From a virus (taxonomy: Duplodnaviria; Caudoviricetes): a stretch of DNA of 64,000 nucleotides. Of this stretch, positions 25,783 through 36,095 are shown piece after piece. The notes under the pieces were generated by a model. The model had not been told where the DNA came from and did no database searches. It saw only the letters and a program-made list of their open reading frames with translations. The stretch lies in the IMG/VR virus record IMGVR_UViG_3300042392_000853, positions 573 through 64,572 of that record; one strand, 5' to 3'. How positions within the stretch are numbered: the stretch's first letter is position 1; each line of letters opens with the position of its first letter. The translations under genes were made by a program, and so were the position numbers.

Positions 25783-25967
25783 AGCCCACCCACACAGACC
25801 CCGAACTGCTTGAGCGACTGCGGCTTGCCGCGCAGCGCCCAATGACGCGGAAAGAGGTGCGCGAGCAGAAAATCTCGTGGGTGCTTGGCAACCTGCCGTT
25901 TGACAGCGATGCCACCTACGACGAGATTGCAGCGGTCATCGACAAGCACGAAAGGTACGCAGCATGA
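25779..25967 (+). CDS. Hypothetical protein
   Basis: GTGA coupled; MT..E.REQKISW.G motif. Confidence 0.55.
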   Translation: MKPTHTDPELLERLRLAAQRPMTRKEVREQKISWVLGNLPFDSDATYDEIAAVIDKHERYAA

Positions 25968-26497
25968 TCAACCCCCTCGCTTTCATCGCACTTGCGGCGA
26001 TCCCTCTCTACCGCTGGGCCGACCGCCGTGTCGGAGGCGGCGGCGCTAACGCCCTCGGCCCCCTTGGCGGACGGAGCGTCGGCTTCCTCGGCGGCGCGCT
26101 CCTCGGGGCAGCCATCGGCTATGTCGCCGTGGGCCTGTGGGGCGCCCTCCTCGGCCCCTTCTGGGCGCTCTACCGCTCGTTGGACTTCAAGCGCGGGGCT
26201 CTTGCGCCAATCAACAGCAAACAGCGCGTAAACGCGGTCCTCCGCCACGCGCTCGCCCTGCTGATCGCCGTTCCGATCTTCTTCCTCGGGGGGCCTTGGA
26301 TCGCAGCCTTAGTGGTCATGGCGGTTTACGCCGGGGTAGCGTCTCGGCTGGCGTTCGGCCTTGGCGACCGGCTGATCGCCTGTAATCAAGGCGGCGGCGC
26401 TTGGAACGACGAGTGGAACAACGAAGCCGAGCGCAGCCGAGGCACAGCCTACGGTGTGGCCTTTGCGGTCCTGTGCCTTTGGGGTGCGCTATGGTGA
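25964..26497 (+). CDS. Multi-pass membrane protein
   Basis: Several hydrophobic helices. Confidence 0.7.
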   Translation: MINPLAFIALAAIPLYRWADRRVGGGGANALGPLGGRSVGFLGGALLGAAIGYVAVGLWGALLGPFWALYRSLDFKRGALAPINSKQRVNAVLRHALALLIAVPIFFLGGPWIAALVVMAVYAGVASRLAFGLGDRLIACNQGGGAWNDEWNNEAERSRGTAYGVAFAVLCLWGALW

Positions 26498-26748
26498 TCA
26501 AAGAGGTCCAGTGGTTCTGGCGTCGTCTGTTCACTTTCCTGTTCGTCGGCATCAACACCGCCACCGTCGGGTGGATCGTCCTCAAGATCGACGACCCGGA
26601 CGCCCTTAAGTGGATCGGCTTGGGCCTCATCTTTGCGAACATCATGCTCGCCTTCGTCTACATGGCGGGCGCCACGCTCGTCGACCTGACCCGCCTCAAG
26701 TCCGAAGCCATCAAGACGGCGGAAGAGGTAAAGGAGATCATCACATGA
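26491..26748 (+). CDS. Putative holin (2 TM)
   Basis: Two TM helices, charged C-terminus, next to spanins and lysin. Confidence 0.6.
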   Translation: MVIKEVQWFWRRLFTFLFVGINTATVGWIVLKIDDPDALKWIGLGLIFANIMLAFVYMAGATLVDLTRLKSEAIKTAEEVKEIIT

Positions 26749-27104
26749 AGCGCTACCTCATCGCCTTCGGCATCACCTTCGTGGTGTTTTTGCTGATCGT
26801 GGCGGGCTTCTACAAGGTGATGTTCGACCTCCAGCGCAAGCGCAACCAAGTCGCCGCCGCTGAGATCGCCGCCACCAAACAGGCGCTTGAAGCCTCAGAG
26901 ACCTACACCGAGAAAACCGTCGTCATCCGGGAGAAGGGCAATGCAGCCACACAACGTATATACAAAGCGCCGAGCGCGGACAGCCCTGTGCCTGACGGCG
27001 TGTTGTCTGCTTGGCGCGACGGCATTAGCCGGTTGCGCGACGACAGCGCCAAGGCAGCCGATCCCGCAGGCGTTCAAGGAGCCGTGCAAGGGGCCGGAGG
27101 ATAA
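26745..27104 (+). CDS. i-spanin (Rz-like)
   Basis: N-terminal TM plus periplasmic helix; overlapped by a lipoprotein ORF. Confidence 0.7.
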   Translation: MKRYLIAFGITFVVFLLIVAGFYKVMFDLQRKRNQVAAAEIAATKQALEASETYTEKTVVIREKGNAATQRIYKAPSADSPVPDGVLSAWRDGISRLRDDSAKAADPAGVQGAVQGAGG

Positions 27105-27240
27105 CGTCAAGACCATCGCGGACCTCGCCGCATTCTCCGTGCGGCAAGAGGTTGCGCTACAGGACTGCGAGGCCAAGCGGGTGGGCCTCGTCTCCCTGAT
27201 CGACAAGCCCGCTGGCAAGCCTTGGTGGAGGTTCTGGTGA
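26941..27240 (+). CDS. o-spanin (Rz1-like lipoprotein)
   Basis: LAGC lipobox, Pro-rich, overlaps Rz in another frame. Confidence 0.7.
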   Translation: MQPHNVYTKRRARTALCLTACCLLGATALAGCATTAPRQPIPQAFKEPCKGPEDNVKTIADLAAFSVRQEVALQDCEAKRVGLVSLIDKPAGKPWWRFW

Positions 27241-27734
27241 CTGGACCGCTCTGGTATCGCGTAGCTGAGAAGCAGATCGGCGTGAGGGAAATCCCGGGCG
27301 CCAAGTCCAACCCGACGATTCTGACGTGGGCCAAGGCCCTCGGCTCGCGGCTCGGCATCGCCTACACGAACGACGACACCCCGTGGTGCGGCGTGTTCAC
27401 CGGCTACTGCGTCCAAGCCGCAGGCTTCAAGCCCCCACCCATCGCCGTGCGCGCCAAGGCGTGGGCGACGTGGGGCGAGCCGCTCGTCACCCCGACGCTC
27501 GGCTGCGTCCTCGTGTTTGAGCGACCCGGCGGCGGGCATGTCGGCTTCTATGCCGGCGAGACGACCACCGCTTACCGTGTGCTGGGCGGCAACCAGTCCA
27601 ACAGCGTCAACTATGCGTGGATCGCCAAGGACCGCTGCATCGCCATGCGCTGGCCGGACAACAGCGCCCCTATCGTGCCGGTGCGCGTCATGGGCTTCAA
27701 CGACCCGAAGCGGGTTTCGACCAACGAGGCGTAA
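27237..27734 (+). CDS. Endolysin, TIGR02594 / NlpC-P60-CHAP-like peptidase
   Basis: DDTPWCG.F, GGGHVGFY and LGGNQSNSV motifs. Confidence 0.85.
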   Translation: MTGPLWYRVAEKQIGVREIPGAKSNPTILTWAKALGSRLGIAYTNDDTPWCGVFTGYCVQAAGFKPPPIAVRAKAWATWGEPLVTPTLGCVLVFERPGGGHVGFYAGETTTAYRVLGGNQSNSVNYAWIAKDRCIAMRWPDNSAPIVPVRVMGFNDPKRVSTNEA

Positions 27735-27838
27735 CCCATTCGGTTGGCGCATCGCGCCGATTGTGCTAGGCTATTCAGACGAGGCGGTCGCGGCCCACCA
27801 CAGGGCTACGGCGTCAAGGCTCCCGACAACGGTGCTCC

Positions 27839-28483
27839 ATGGCGACGACGACCACCTTCACGACCCTCAAGGAAGATGTGCAGCGGTATCTTGAGCGTGG
27901 CTCCACGCTCGGGAACGACCCTGTCATCATTGAGCAGCTTCCGCGCCTGATCAATCTGGCCGAGCGGCGCATCGCCCGCGAACTCAAGGTGCAGGGCTTC
28001 ATCAGCGTCGTCACCGGCCAGTTCACGGCGGGCCAGTCGGTGTATGCCAAGCCGGATCGCTGGCGGGACACGGTGTCGGTCAACATCGGCGTAGGCTCGA
28101 CCCGCAAGCAGGTGTTCCCTCGGTCCTACGAGTACTCGCGCCAGTACTGGTCCGACGAGAGCCTGACCGCCGAGCCGGATTTCTACAGCGACTACGACAG
28201 CAGCCATTGGCTGATCGCCCCGACGCCCGACGCCACGTACCCGTTCGAGATCCTCTATTACGAGTTGCCGCCGCTGCTCGACGACGTGGTGCAGAGCAAC
28301 TGGCTCACCGAGTATGCGCCTCAACTGCTGCTCTACGGCACGCTGCTGGAGGCGACCCCCTTCCTCAAGAACGACGAGCGCATACAGGTCTGGCAGAGCA
28401 TGTACGACCGCGCCGCCGCCATGCTCAACGGCGAAGACCTCGCCAAGGTCCTTGACCGCAACTCCACCCGCAAGGAGGCGTAG
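27839..28483 (+). CDS. Head-tail adaptor protein
   Basis: INLAERRIAREL, APTPD..Y and NWL...AP.LLLYG.L.EA..FLK..ER motifs. Confidence 0.75.
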   Translation: MATTTTFTTLKEDVQRYLERGSTLGNDPVIIEQLPRLINLAERRIARELKVQGFISVVTGQFTAGQSVYAKPDRWRDTVSVNIGVGSTRKQVFPRSYEYSRQYWSDESLTAEPDFYSDYDSSHWLIAPTPDATYPFEILYYELPPLLDDVVQSNWLTEYAPQLLLYGTLLEATPFLKNDERIQVWQSMYDRAAAMLNGEDLAKVLDRNSTRKEA

Positions 28484-30754
28484 GTGTCCTACACGCAAGT
28501 CTTCGGGGGCACGACCCTCTACCCCTCCGACGTCTCGTATCTGGCCCTGTCGCTGACCGCGGACACCACGCTGGAGTGGCCGCTGGAGTCCAGCACCCTC
28601 GCGCCCGTCGCCGCCTCGATCATCGACGTCACGCCGACCGGCGCGTTCGCCATCACCATGCCCGACGCCACGCTCACGGCTCCGGGGCAGACGGTGCTGT
28701 TCAACAACCTCGGGCCGTCAGTCGTCACGGTGCTCAAGAGCGGGGGTGGCGTGCTGTGCTCCCTTGGCGCGGGCGAGCAGTGGCAGGTCTATCTGTCCAG
28801 CAACACCACCGCCGCAGGCGACTGGAGGGTCTTCCGCTACGGTGCGGCCACCGCTTCGGCGCAGGCCGCCTCTCTGGCGGGCTACGGGTTGGTCGCCATC
28901 GGGAACACGCTGGCTCAGGCGCAGCAGGTCACGCTGTTCAACAGTTCCTACTCGCCGGGCGCCGCCGACCGCAGCAAGGCGCTCGTGTGGACCGGCAGTT
29001 CGGGAACGCTCAACCTGCCCGTCACGTCAGCGGTCGGGAACGACTATTTCCTGAGCGTCCGGAACAGTGGGACCGGCGCGCTTCTGGTCGACGGCGCCGG
29101 CAGCGACCTGGTTAACGGCGCGGCGTCCTTGTCCATGCAGCCCGGCGACAGTGCGGTCTTCATCACGGACGGCGCCAACTGGTACACCGTGGGGCTCGGG
29201 CAGGACCCGGTGTTCGCGTTTGACTACACGTCCGTGTCCGTGTCGGGGTCTACCTACACCCTGTCAGGAACGGAACTTAACCGAGTCGCGTATCGCTTCG
29301 TCGGCACGCTCTCCTCGGACATTGTCGTGCGGGTCCCGAACACGGTGCAGCAGTACTGGGTGTGGAACGACACCACGGGCGGCTCTTTCACACTCAGCGT
29401 CGCGACGCTTACGCAGCCCGCGCCGCTGGTGGTGCCCCGGGGCTCCCGGGGGATCTACTACTCGGACGGCTCGAACATGGTGAAGGCCGACACGGCGTCG
29501 ATCTCACTGCCGATTAACCTGAGCGATGGTGGCACCGGCGCGAGCACGGCTGCGGGCGCGCGGATAAACCTTGGCGGGTCGTCTGTCGGCATCGCGGTGT
29601 TCACCGCGGCGACCTCGCAGGCAGCCCAAGCGGCTATCGGCATCCCGGTCCCGCCGCCGTTCTCGCTGGGCACGGGCGTCTGGAACGGCGTGACGCCAAC
29701 CCAACTCGACCTCACGATCCCAGTCGGCGTGGCGTACTCTCAGTCCGCCGGCCAGCAGATAATCTTCAAGGTGCCCACATCCAGCCCGTCAGGGGCCATA
29801 ACCATCAAGGTCGGGGCGAACGCTGCGGTGTCGCTGGTCAACGTCGACGGGTCGGCGATGAACCTGCAAGACCTCATGCCCGCCGCCTCCTACTTGGCGA
29901 TTTTCGACGGCACCCGGTTCCAACTCCAGACACCCACCAACTCGGTCCTTAGCGGATACGCGCAGGCCACCAACGGCGCCATCTCCGGCTACATCGTGTC
30001 CAACGATGTGACGAACCCGAACACGACGTTGAACATTTCCGTCGGAAACTGCCGGGACAGCACCAACAGCCGGAACATCCCGCGCACCGCGGGCATCATC
30101 AAGAACCTGTTTGCTGTATGGGCGGCTGGCACGAACCAAGGCGGGCGCGACGTCGCCACGGCCCCCGCAGCCAACGAGACCTGGCACGTTCACGCCATTC
30201 TCAACGGGACCAGCGGGGTGACGGACGTCCTGCTGTCGAAGTCGGCGACCGCACCGACACTCCCTTCGGGCTACACCCACTTCCGGCGTGTCATGTCAGT
30301 GGTTCTCGACTCGTCCGCCAACATCAAGGGTTTCGTGCAGTCTGGCAGCTACGTCCAGTTGAAGGTCCGCAACGCCGAGTTCGCGACCACTTCAAACGGC
30401 GTCGCCGCCGGTACCCTGCGCAACATGCAGGTGCCTCTCGGCCTGAAGTTGCTCCTCGATGTCTACTACCAGAGCACGACGAGCGGGGGCAGCACAACCG
30501 ACCCCGTTTTTAGCGGCTGCTACGACCCCGATGTCGGTGTGCCGAACGGCACTCTGGCCACAAACAACAACGCCAGGTGGGCGCAACTTCGCATACAATG
30601 GGGCGGGTCAAACCTCGACCTTCGCTACCAGACGACCATGCTTCAGGTCTACACAAACACCAACGCTCAGATTTTCACCGCGTCTAACGACTCTACCGAG
30701 GTCATCGCGGGGGGTGTGGTCGGCTGGCTCGACCCAAGGGACAATTTCTTCTGA
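28484..30754 (+). CDS. Tail fibre/spike protein
   Basis: 756 aa beta-rich; DGGTGA.TAAGAR.NLG hinge; PTLPSGYTHFRR C-terminal module. Confidence 0.75.
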   Translation: MSYTQVFGGTTLYPSDVSYLALSLTADTTLEWPLESSTLAPVAASIIDVTPTGAFAITMPDATLTAPGQTVLFNNLGPSVVTVLKSGGGVLCSLGAGEQWQVYLSSNTTAAGDWRVFRYGAATASAQAASLAGYGLVAIGNTLAQAQQVTLFNSSYSPGAADRSKALVWTGSSGTLNLPVTSAVGNDYFLSVRNSGTGALLVDGAGSDLVNGAASLSMQPGDSAVFITDGANWYTVGLGQDPVFAFDYTSVSVSGSTYTLSGTELNRVAYRFVGTLSSDIVVRVPNTVQQYWVWNDTTGGSFTLSVATLTQPAPLVVPRGSRGIYYSDGSNMVKADTASISLPINLSDGGTGASTAAGARINLGGSSVGIAVFTAATSQAAQAAIGIPVPPPFSLGTGVWNGVTPTQLDLTIPVGVAYSQSAGQQIIFKVPTSSPSGAITIKVGANAAVSLVNVDGSAMNLQDLMPAASYLAIFDGTRFQLQTPTNSVLSGYAQATNGAISGYIVSNDVTNPNTTLNISVGNCRDSTNSRNIPRTAGIIKNLFAVWAAGTNQGGRDVATAPAANETWHVHAILNGTSGVTDVLLSKSATAPTLPSGYTHFRRVMSVVLDSSANIKGFVQSGSYVQLKVRNAEFATTSNGVAAGTLRNMQVPLGLKLLLDVYYQSTTSGGSTTDPVFSGCYDPDVGVPNGTLATNNNARWAQLRIQWGGSNLDLRYQTTMLQVYTNTNAQIFTASNDSTEVIAGGVVGWLDPRDNFF

Positions 30755-31425
30755 TGTCTTGGCAAGTCCGCAAACCCTTCACCCTCGTCACCTACGGCAC
30801 GTCGCTGACTACAGGGCGGCTCTCAGCGCAATGGGTTGAGCGGCTGCAACAGGCGCTCTACGGCGTGCCCGAAGCCATCGGGCCGGTGATCGTCTACAAC
30901 ATGGGCCGGGGCTCCCAGACATCGGCTTGGGGCGCTGCGAACGCAAATCTGGCGGCGGACATGCGGCCCACGCATATCCTGACCGAAGGATTTGCTATCA
31001 ACGATAGCGCCCTCGTCGGCGGCGTCCCGCAAGTCAGCCAGATCGACCACCTGCTGAACATGGCCAGTATGCGGGCTACGTGGAAGGCGGCGAACCCGTC
31101 GGTTGACATCACTTGGCAGACGATGAGCAGCGTCAGTTCCGACGTGGCTACTGGGCGCCCCAACTTGGCGAACTACTACGCCGACGAGATGACCTACGCC
31201 ACCGCGCAGGGCGACACCGCCCTTGACAACTACTTGGGTCCCGGCGGCGCGTACCCCGGGCCGTCAGGTGGGTGGCCGAAGCCGCTTTCCCCGGCACTGA
31301 CATACGACGGCGACGGGCTGCACCCGCTCTGGTCTGGCGCCGACGACACGTACCTGTTTCCGAACGTGCGCTGGTGGGCGCGCGTCAAGATGGCGGCCTA
31401 CTGGGGGCTGCCTGCTCCTGTCTAA
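30754..31425 (+). CDS. SGNH/GDSL hydrolase
   Basis: GTSLT, NMGRGS, IND and DGLHP blocks. Confidence 0.8.
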   Translation: MSWQVRKPFTLVTYGTSLTTGRLSAQWVERLQQALYGVPEAIGPVIVYNMGRGSQTSAWGAANANLAADMRPTHILTEGFAINDSALVGGVPQVSQIDHLLNMASMRATWKAANPSVDITWQTMSSVSSDVATGRPNLANYYADEMTYATAQGDTALDNYLGPGGAYPGPSGGWPKPLSPALTYDGDGLHPLWSGADDTYLFPNVRWWARVKMAAYWGLPAPV

Positions 31426-31447
31426 CCGAGTTTCACCGTAAGCTGAA

Positions 31448-31606
31448 ATGACCAAGCGCACTGAAACTTCCGTCCCGAAGCCCTACCCGAGTTGGGTGTG
31501 GGACCCTGTCACCAAGGACTGGGAGGCCCCGGTCCCGTTGCCGGAAGCCTACCGCGCATACGTGTGGGACGAAGAGACGCTGTCCTGGCTCGAAGCAGGA
31601 GGCTGA
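31448..31606 (+). CDS. Small Trp/Pro-rich tail-associated protein (52 aa)
   Basis: Hand translation: PKPYPSWVWD..WEAPVP.P....WDEETLSW. Confidence 0.65.
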   Translation: MTKRTETSVPKPYPSWVWDPVTKDWEAPVPLPEAYRAYVWDEETLSWLEAGG

Positions 31607-31609
31607 TCC

Positions 31610-33142
31610 GTGGCTGAGAGCATCATTCGCATCCAGTCGCAACCCGGCATCAAGCGCGACGGCACCATGCTGGAGGGCGACGCTTACGTCGACGGGCAGT
31701 GGGTGCGGTTCCAGCGCGGCCTGCCGCGGAAGATCGGCGGCTACCGTTCGATCAACAAGTTCCTGTCCGAAGTCAGCCGGGCGCTGAACGCCTACACCCA
31801 GAACGACCTGACCTACGTCCACTCGGGCTCGGCCAACAAGATCGAGCGGTTCTTCATCGACTCGTCGAACAACACCTCGGTCATCACCGACCGCACCCCG
31901 ACGTCGGGCTTCACGACCAACCCCGCCAACGTCTGGCAGTTCGACATCGACAGCGATAGCACCCAGAACCTGATCGTGGCGCAAGTGGCGCCGAACGGGG
32001 TGAACATCGCCAACAGCACCGGCGGCCAGTTGTTCTCAGGCCCGATCCTCGGCGCCACCGCACTGACGTCGATCACCTTGCCGCTCGGCGGCAACTGCAC
32101 CGGCGGCGTCGTGGCGCTGCACCCCTACACCTTCATCTACGGGACCAACGGCTACGTGGCTTGGTCCGTCGCTGGCGACCCGACCGACTTCAGCGGCACG
32201 GGCAGTGGATCTGCAAACGTCACGGCGCAGAAGATCGTGAAGGGTATGCCGCTCCGCGGTGGCCCGGGCAACTCGCCGTCGGGCCTGTTCTGGTCGCTGG
32301 ACGCCCTTGTGCGGGGCTCCTTCGTGGGCGGGGCCGAAGTCTTCCAGTTCGACACGCTCAGCACCGAGTCCTCGATCCTGTCGCCCAACGGCGTCATCGA
32401 GTACGACGGGGTGTTCTTCTGGCCGGGTGTTGACAGGTTCCTCCTGTTCAACGGCGTGGTGCGTGAAGTGCCGAACTCCATGAACCTCAACTGGTTCTTC
32501 GACGGCCTGAACGAGACCCAAGCCCAAAAGGTGTTCGCCGTGAAGGTGCCCCGCTACGGGGAAATCTGGTGGTGCTACCCGCGCGGCGAGGCGACGGAGT
32601 GCAGCCACGCCATCATCTACAACGTGCGCGAGAACTCGTGGTACGACTGCGAGTTGCCGAACGGCGGCAGGTCCGCCGGCGCGACGCCCTCGGTGTTCCG
32701 CAAGCCGCTGATGACCGGCGTGCAGCTTCTCAACAGTGGCTACAAGTTGTGGGTCCACGAGACCGGCGTCGACGAGGTGGACGGCACGTCCGTCCAGCCG
32801 ATCTACTCGTTCTTCGAGACGGCGGAAATCTCCTTGCCCATCTCCAGCGAGGGCAAGATCAACAAGCAACTGCACGTCGCCCACATCGAGCCCGACTTCG
32901 TGCAGTCCGGCGAGATGGTGGTCTCGGTGCATGGGCGCTTCAACGCCCGCTCGCCGGAAATCGAGGGGCCGTTCATGCCGTTCCCGGCGGCGGCGACAGG
33001 CCAGACGGATCAGGTCGTCAACCTCAAGACGCAGCGCCGACAACTGCGGTTCCGCTTCGCGTCGAACGTGATCGGCGGCGACTACCAGATGGGTCTGGTC
33101 CTGGCACATGTCCAGCCCGGCGACGGGACGATGATCGGATGA
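31610..33142 (+). CDS. Tail nozzle / DNA-stabilisation protein
   Basis: PGIKRDGT..WVRF..G.PRKIGG, EIWW.YP motifs; precedes the ejection proteins. Confidence 0.75.
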   Translation: MAESIIRIQSQPGIKRDGTMLEGDAYVDGQWVRFQRGLPRKIGGYRSINKFLSEVSRALNAYTQNDLTYVHSGSANKIERFFIDSSNNTSVITDRTPTSGFTTNPANVWQFDIDSDSTQNLIVAQVAPNGVNIANSTGGQLFSGPILGATALTSITLPLGGNCTGGVVALHPYTFIYGTNGYVAWSVAGDPTDFSGTGSGSANVTAQKIVKGMPLRGGPGNSPSGLFWSLDALVRGSFVGGAEVFQFDTLSTESSILSPNGVIEYDGVFFWPGVDRFLLFNGVVREVPNSMNLNWFFDGLNETQAQKVFAVKVPRYGEIWWCYPRGEATECSHAIIYNVRENSWYDCELPNGGRSAGATPSVFRKPLMTGVQLLNSGYKLWVHETGVDEVDGTSVQPIYSFFETAEISLPISSEGKINKQLHVAHIEPDFVQSGEMVVSVHGRFNARSPEIEGPFMPFPAAATGQTDQVVNLKTQRRQLRFRFASNVIGGDYQMGLVLAHVQPGDGTMIG

Positions 33143-33369
33143 TCAACCCGCGAAACATGACGCTGACAGACTGGGCGGATAGTGTTATCCTCTCGACGAG
33201 TGATGCGTGGTCCTTCGGCAAGCTGGAGGACGAGTCGCGTTGGCAAGACTGGGCCATCGGCTTCGTGCGAGCATCACAGTTCACACAGCAGGTCGTCCCG
33301 GACCCCTATCAGTTTGCGGACTGGCGCGACTGGGCCGAGCGCGCTTATCCCATGCTTGAGGTGAACTGA
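33139..33369 (+). CDS. Small Trp-rich virion-region protein
   Basis: ATGA coupled; WQDWA..PDPY.F.DWRDWA. Confidence 0.65.
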   Translation: MINPRNMTLTDWADSVILSTSDAWSFGKLEDESRWQDWAIGFVRASQFTQQVVPDPYQFADWRDWAERAYPMLEVN

Positions 33370-33371
33370 CG

Positions 33372-35060
33372 ATGGCAGAAGATTTCGCCGTTAAGGCGCC
33401 CGGGGCCGCTCAAAGCAGCGCTCTCCTGAGCAACGCGCAACTCATGCCTGCCGACCCGAAGAAGGGCTACGGCACGCCCTACTACGCGGCTTACACAAAT
33501 GACGGCGACATGGCCGGCGCGGTCATGGTGGCCGAAGGGCAGAAGGTCCGCCTCGTCGACAAGTTGACCGGCGACGTCGTGTACGAGGGTGTCGGCCCGG
33601 CGGCGGCGCAGGTCGCCACGGCCACGGCGAACGCGATCTCCAAGGACAAGGGGCGGGGGGCTGCGTGGGCCATCCAGAAGCCGACCGATGAGGGCGGCTG
33701 GGTGTCCATGGCCGAGGAGCGCTATGACCCCAAGAAGCAGGGCTTCTGGGGCAAGTTGGCGGACTTCGCGCTGCCTGTCCTCGGGGCTATTCTGGCGCCC
33801 ATGACCGGCGGCCTGTCGCTGGGTCTCACGGGCACACTCGGCACGGCGGTGGCGACTGGCCTCGGTGCAGCGGGCGGCTCTCTGCTCGGCTCCGCGACGA
33901 ACCGTCGCGACTTCGACGACGCGCTGAAGCGGGCTGCGGTGACGGGCTTGACGGCGGGGGCGCTGTCCGGTGTGACCCCGGTTATCGGCAAGGCGATCAC
34001 GAAGATCCCCGGCCCTGTCGGCAACGCGATCAACACCGGCTACAGCGCGGTGATGAACCCGCTGAACGCCGGGGTCAACGCCGTGCGCGGTGCGGCGGGC
34101 AACGTTGGCAACGTCATTGGAAACGCGGCTGCGGGTGTCGGAAACACCGTCGGCGAACTGATCATCACCCCGTCGGTGACGAGCGCCATCACGGGCGGTG
34201 GCCTCGGGGCGCTTACCGGGACGGCAGGCGCCAATGCGCTTACCGGCGGCTCGGGGGCCGACACCGTCGGCAACACTATCGAGGGCGTGGACGTCACAGC
34301 CAGCAACACCGACGCCACGACCGGCGGTGTCGTCGGCACCATCGGCTCCAACGTCGTGCTCAACGACGCCACCATCCCGTCAAACGTCGAAGGACTTGAT
34401 ACGTCCGGCCCCGACTACCGTGACCAGAACAGCCTGCTGGAATGGATCAAAGCCAACCCGCTTGACGCCGCTAGGCTCGGGCTGACACTGGCCGGAGGTA
34501 TCGGCGGTGTCGCATCCGGTGGTGGCTCCGGCGGCTCTGGCTCTCTGCCTCCCGGCTTCGCGGCTGCGGGCACACCGGGCTCGCTGTCCGACGCTTTCCG
34601 CGCCAAGCTGCCGGCGCCCTCCGGGCCGTTCGCCAACCTGTCTGCCCGCAACGTCGCCATGACGCCCGATCAGTGGAAGACCTACGGCACGCGCTCCGAG
34701 GAGTCGTTCTATAACAACGTGCCGCAGCGCCCGTCGGGTATCCTCGACACTCCACGCCGCGCGCCGCCGACACCTGTGCCGTCCGCCGAGCCTGAGCGGT
34801 TCGCCAAGGGCGGCTTCGCCGTGCGCGGCATCGGCTCTGGCCGCGACGACAAGATCCCCGCGCGCCTGAGCGACGGCGAGTACGTCATTGACGCAGAGAC
34901 CGTGGCCCTCCTCGGCGACGGCTCGTCGGACGCCGGGGCGAAGCGCCTCGACGCTTTCCGCGCCAACATCCGCAAGCACAAGGGCAAGAAACTCGTGCGG
35001 GGCGAGTTCAGCGTGAACGCCAAGAAGCCCGAAGCCTACCTCAAAGGGGGACGTGTCTGA
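33372..35060 (+). CDS. Internal virion/ejection protein
   Basis: Gly/Ala-rich hydrophobic region; C-terminal G.G.GRDD.IPARLSDGEYV motif. Confidence 0.7.
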   Translation: MAEDFAVKAPGAAQSSALLSNAQLMPADPKKGYGTPYYAAYTNDGDMAGAVMVAEGQKVRLVDKLTGDVVYEGVGPAAAQVATATANAISKDKGRGAAWAIQKPTDEGGWVSMAEERYDPKKQGFWGKLADFALPVLGAILAPMTGGLSLGLTGTLGTAVATGLGAAGGSLLGSATNRRDFDDALKRAAVTGLTAGALSGVTPVIGKAITKIPGPVGNAINTGYSAVMNPLNAGVNAVRGAAGNVGNVIGNAAAGVGNTVGELIITPSVTSAITGGGLGALTGTAGANALTGGSGADTVGNTIEGVDVTASNTDATTGGVVGTIGSNVVLNDATIPSNVEGLDTSGPDYRDQNSLLEWIKANPLDAARLGLTLAGGIGGVASGGGSGGSGSLPPGFAAAGTPGSLSDAFRAKLPAPSGPFANLSARNVAMTPDQWKTYGTRSEESFYNNVPQRPSGILDTPRRAPPTPVPSAEPERFAKGGFAVRGIGSGRDDKIPARLSDGEYVIDAETVALLGDGSSDAGAKRLDAFRANIRKHKGKKLVRGEFSVNAKKPEAYLKGGRV

Positions 35061-36093
35061 CATGGCCGACGATACTGGACTGACCAGCTTCCTCAACAGC
35101 GGCAACGTGAACATCGCGCCGAACGCCAGCACGACCGAGACCGTGCTGCCGGAGTGGTACACGAACTACGGGATGCAGCTTCTCTCTAATCAGAGCGCGC
35201 TGATGAACGCCCCGTACCAGACCTACCAAGGTCCTCGTGTCGCGGGGTTCACGCCCGACCAGCAGGCTGCGTTCAGCGCGACCAAGGATGCGGCGTTCTC
35301 CTACCAGCCCGGCCTGAACGCCGCCACGACCGCCACGCAGAACCTGCTCACGCAGCCCGGCGGCTTGCAGACCGCGCAGCCCTTCCTGAACCGCGCCGGC
35401 CAGACGTCGGCGTCTCAGGTGCAGCAGTACATGAACCCCTACCAAGACGCGGTGGTCAACCGCATCGGGGAACTCGGCGCGCGCACCCTGCGTGAGCAAA
35501 TCCTGCCGGAGATCAGCGACCGCTTCATCAAGTCTGGACAGTTCGGCGGGTCGCGTCAGGCCGAGATGATCGGTCGGGGTATTCGCGACACGATGGAGGG
35601 CATCACGGCTAGGCAGGCCGAGGCCCTGTCGTCCGGCTACCAAGGCGCGCTCGGCGCAGCGCAGACCGACCTGTCGCGCCTCGGCAACCTCGCCGGGACC
35701 GCCGGGACCCTCGGCCAAGGGGACATCGCCTCCCAGCGCGCCACCGCCGCGCAGATGGCGGACATGGCCGCCCGTCAGCAGAGCCTCGGGCTCACCGGCG
35801 CTGGAGCCCTGTCGGCTATCGGCGACAGGCAGCAGGCTCTCGATCAAGCCAACCTTGACGTTGCGTATCAGGACTTCCTCAAGCAGCAGGGCTACCCGCA
35901 GGCGCAGATCGACAACGCGGTCGCCACGATGAAGGGTGTGCAGGGCGCCGTGCCGCAAGGCACGTTGGAGTTCGGTTACGGGCCTACCGGCACACCGGCG
36001 CCGGGCGAGGAGTCCGATCTCGGCAAGTTCGCTACGGGGGCGGGCACGGCGCTCACCCTCGCCAAAGCCTACAAAGAGATTTTCGGAGGCTAA
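35053..36093 (+). CDS. Internal virion/ejection protein
   Basis: Gln/Ala-rich; YMNPYQ..V and GQFGGSRQ motifs. Confidence 0.75.
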   Translation: MSDMADDTGLTSFLNSGNVNIAPNASTTETVLPEWYTNYGMQLLSNQSALMNAPYQTYQGPRVAGFTPDQQAAFSATKDAAFSYQPGLNAATTATQNLLTQPGGLQTAQPFLNRAGQTSASQVQQYMNPYQDAVVNRIGELGARTLREQILPEISDRFIKSGQFGGSRQAEMIGRGIRDTMEGITARQAEALSSGYQGALGAAQTDLSRLGNLAGTAGTLGQGDIASQRATAAQMADMAARQQSLGLTGAGALSAIGDRQQALDQANLDVAYQDFLKQQGYPQAQIDNAVATMKGVQGAVPQGTLEFGYGPTGTPAPGEESDLGKFATGAGTALTLAKAYKEIFGG

Positions 36094-36095
36094 GG

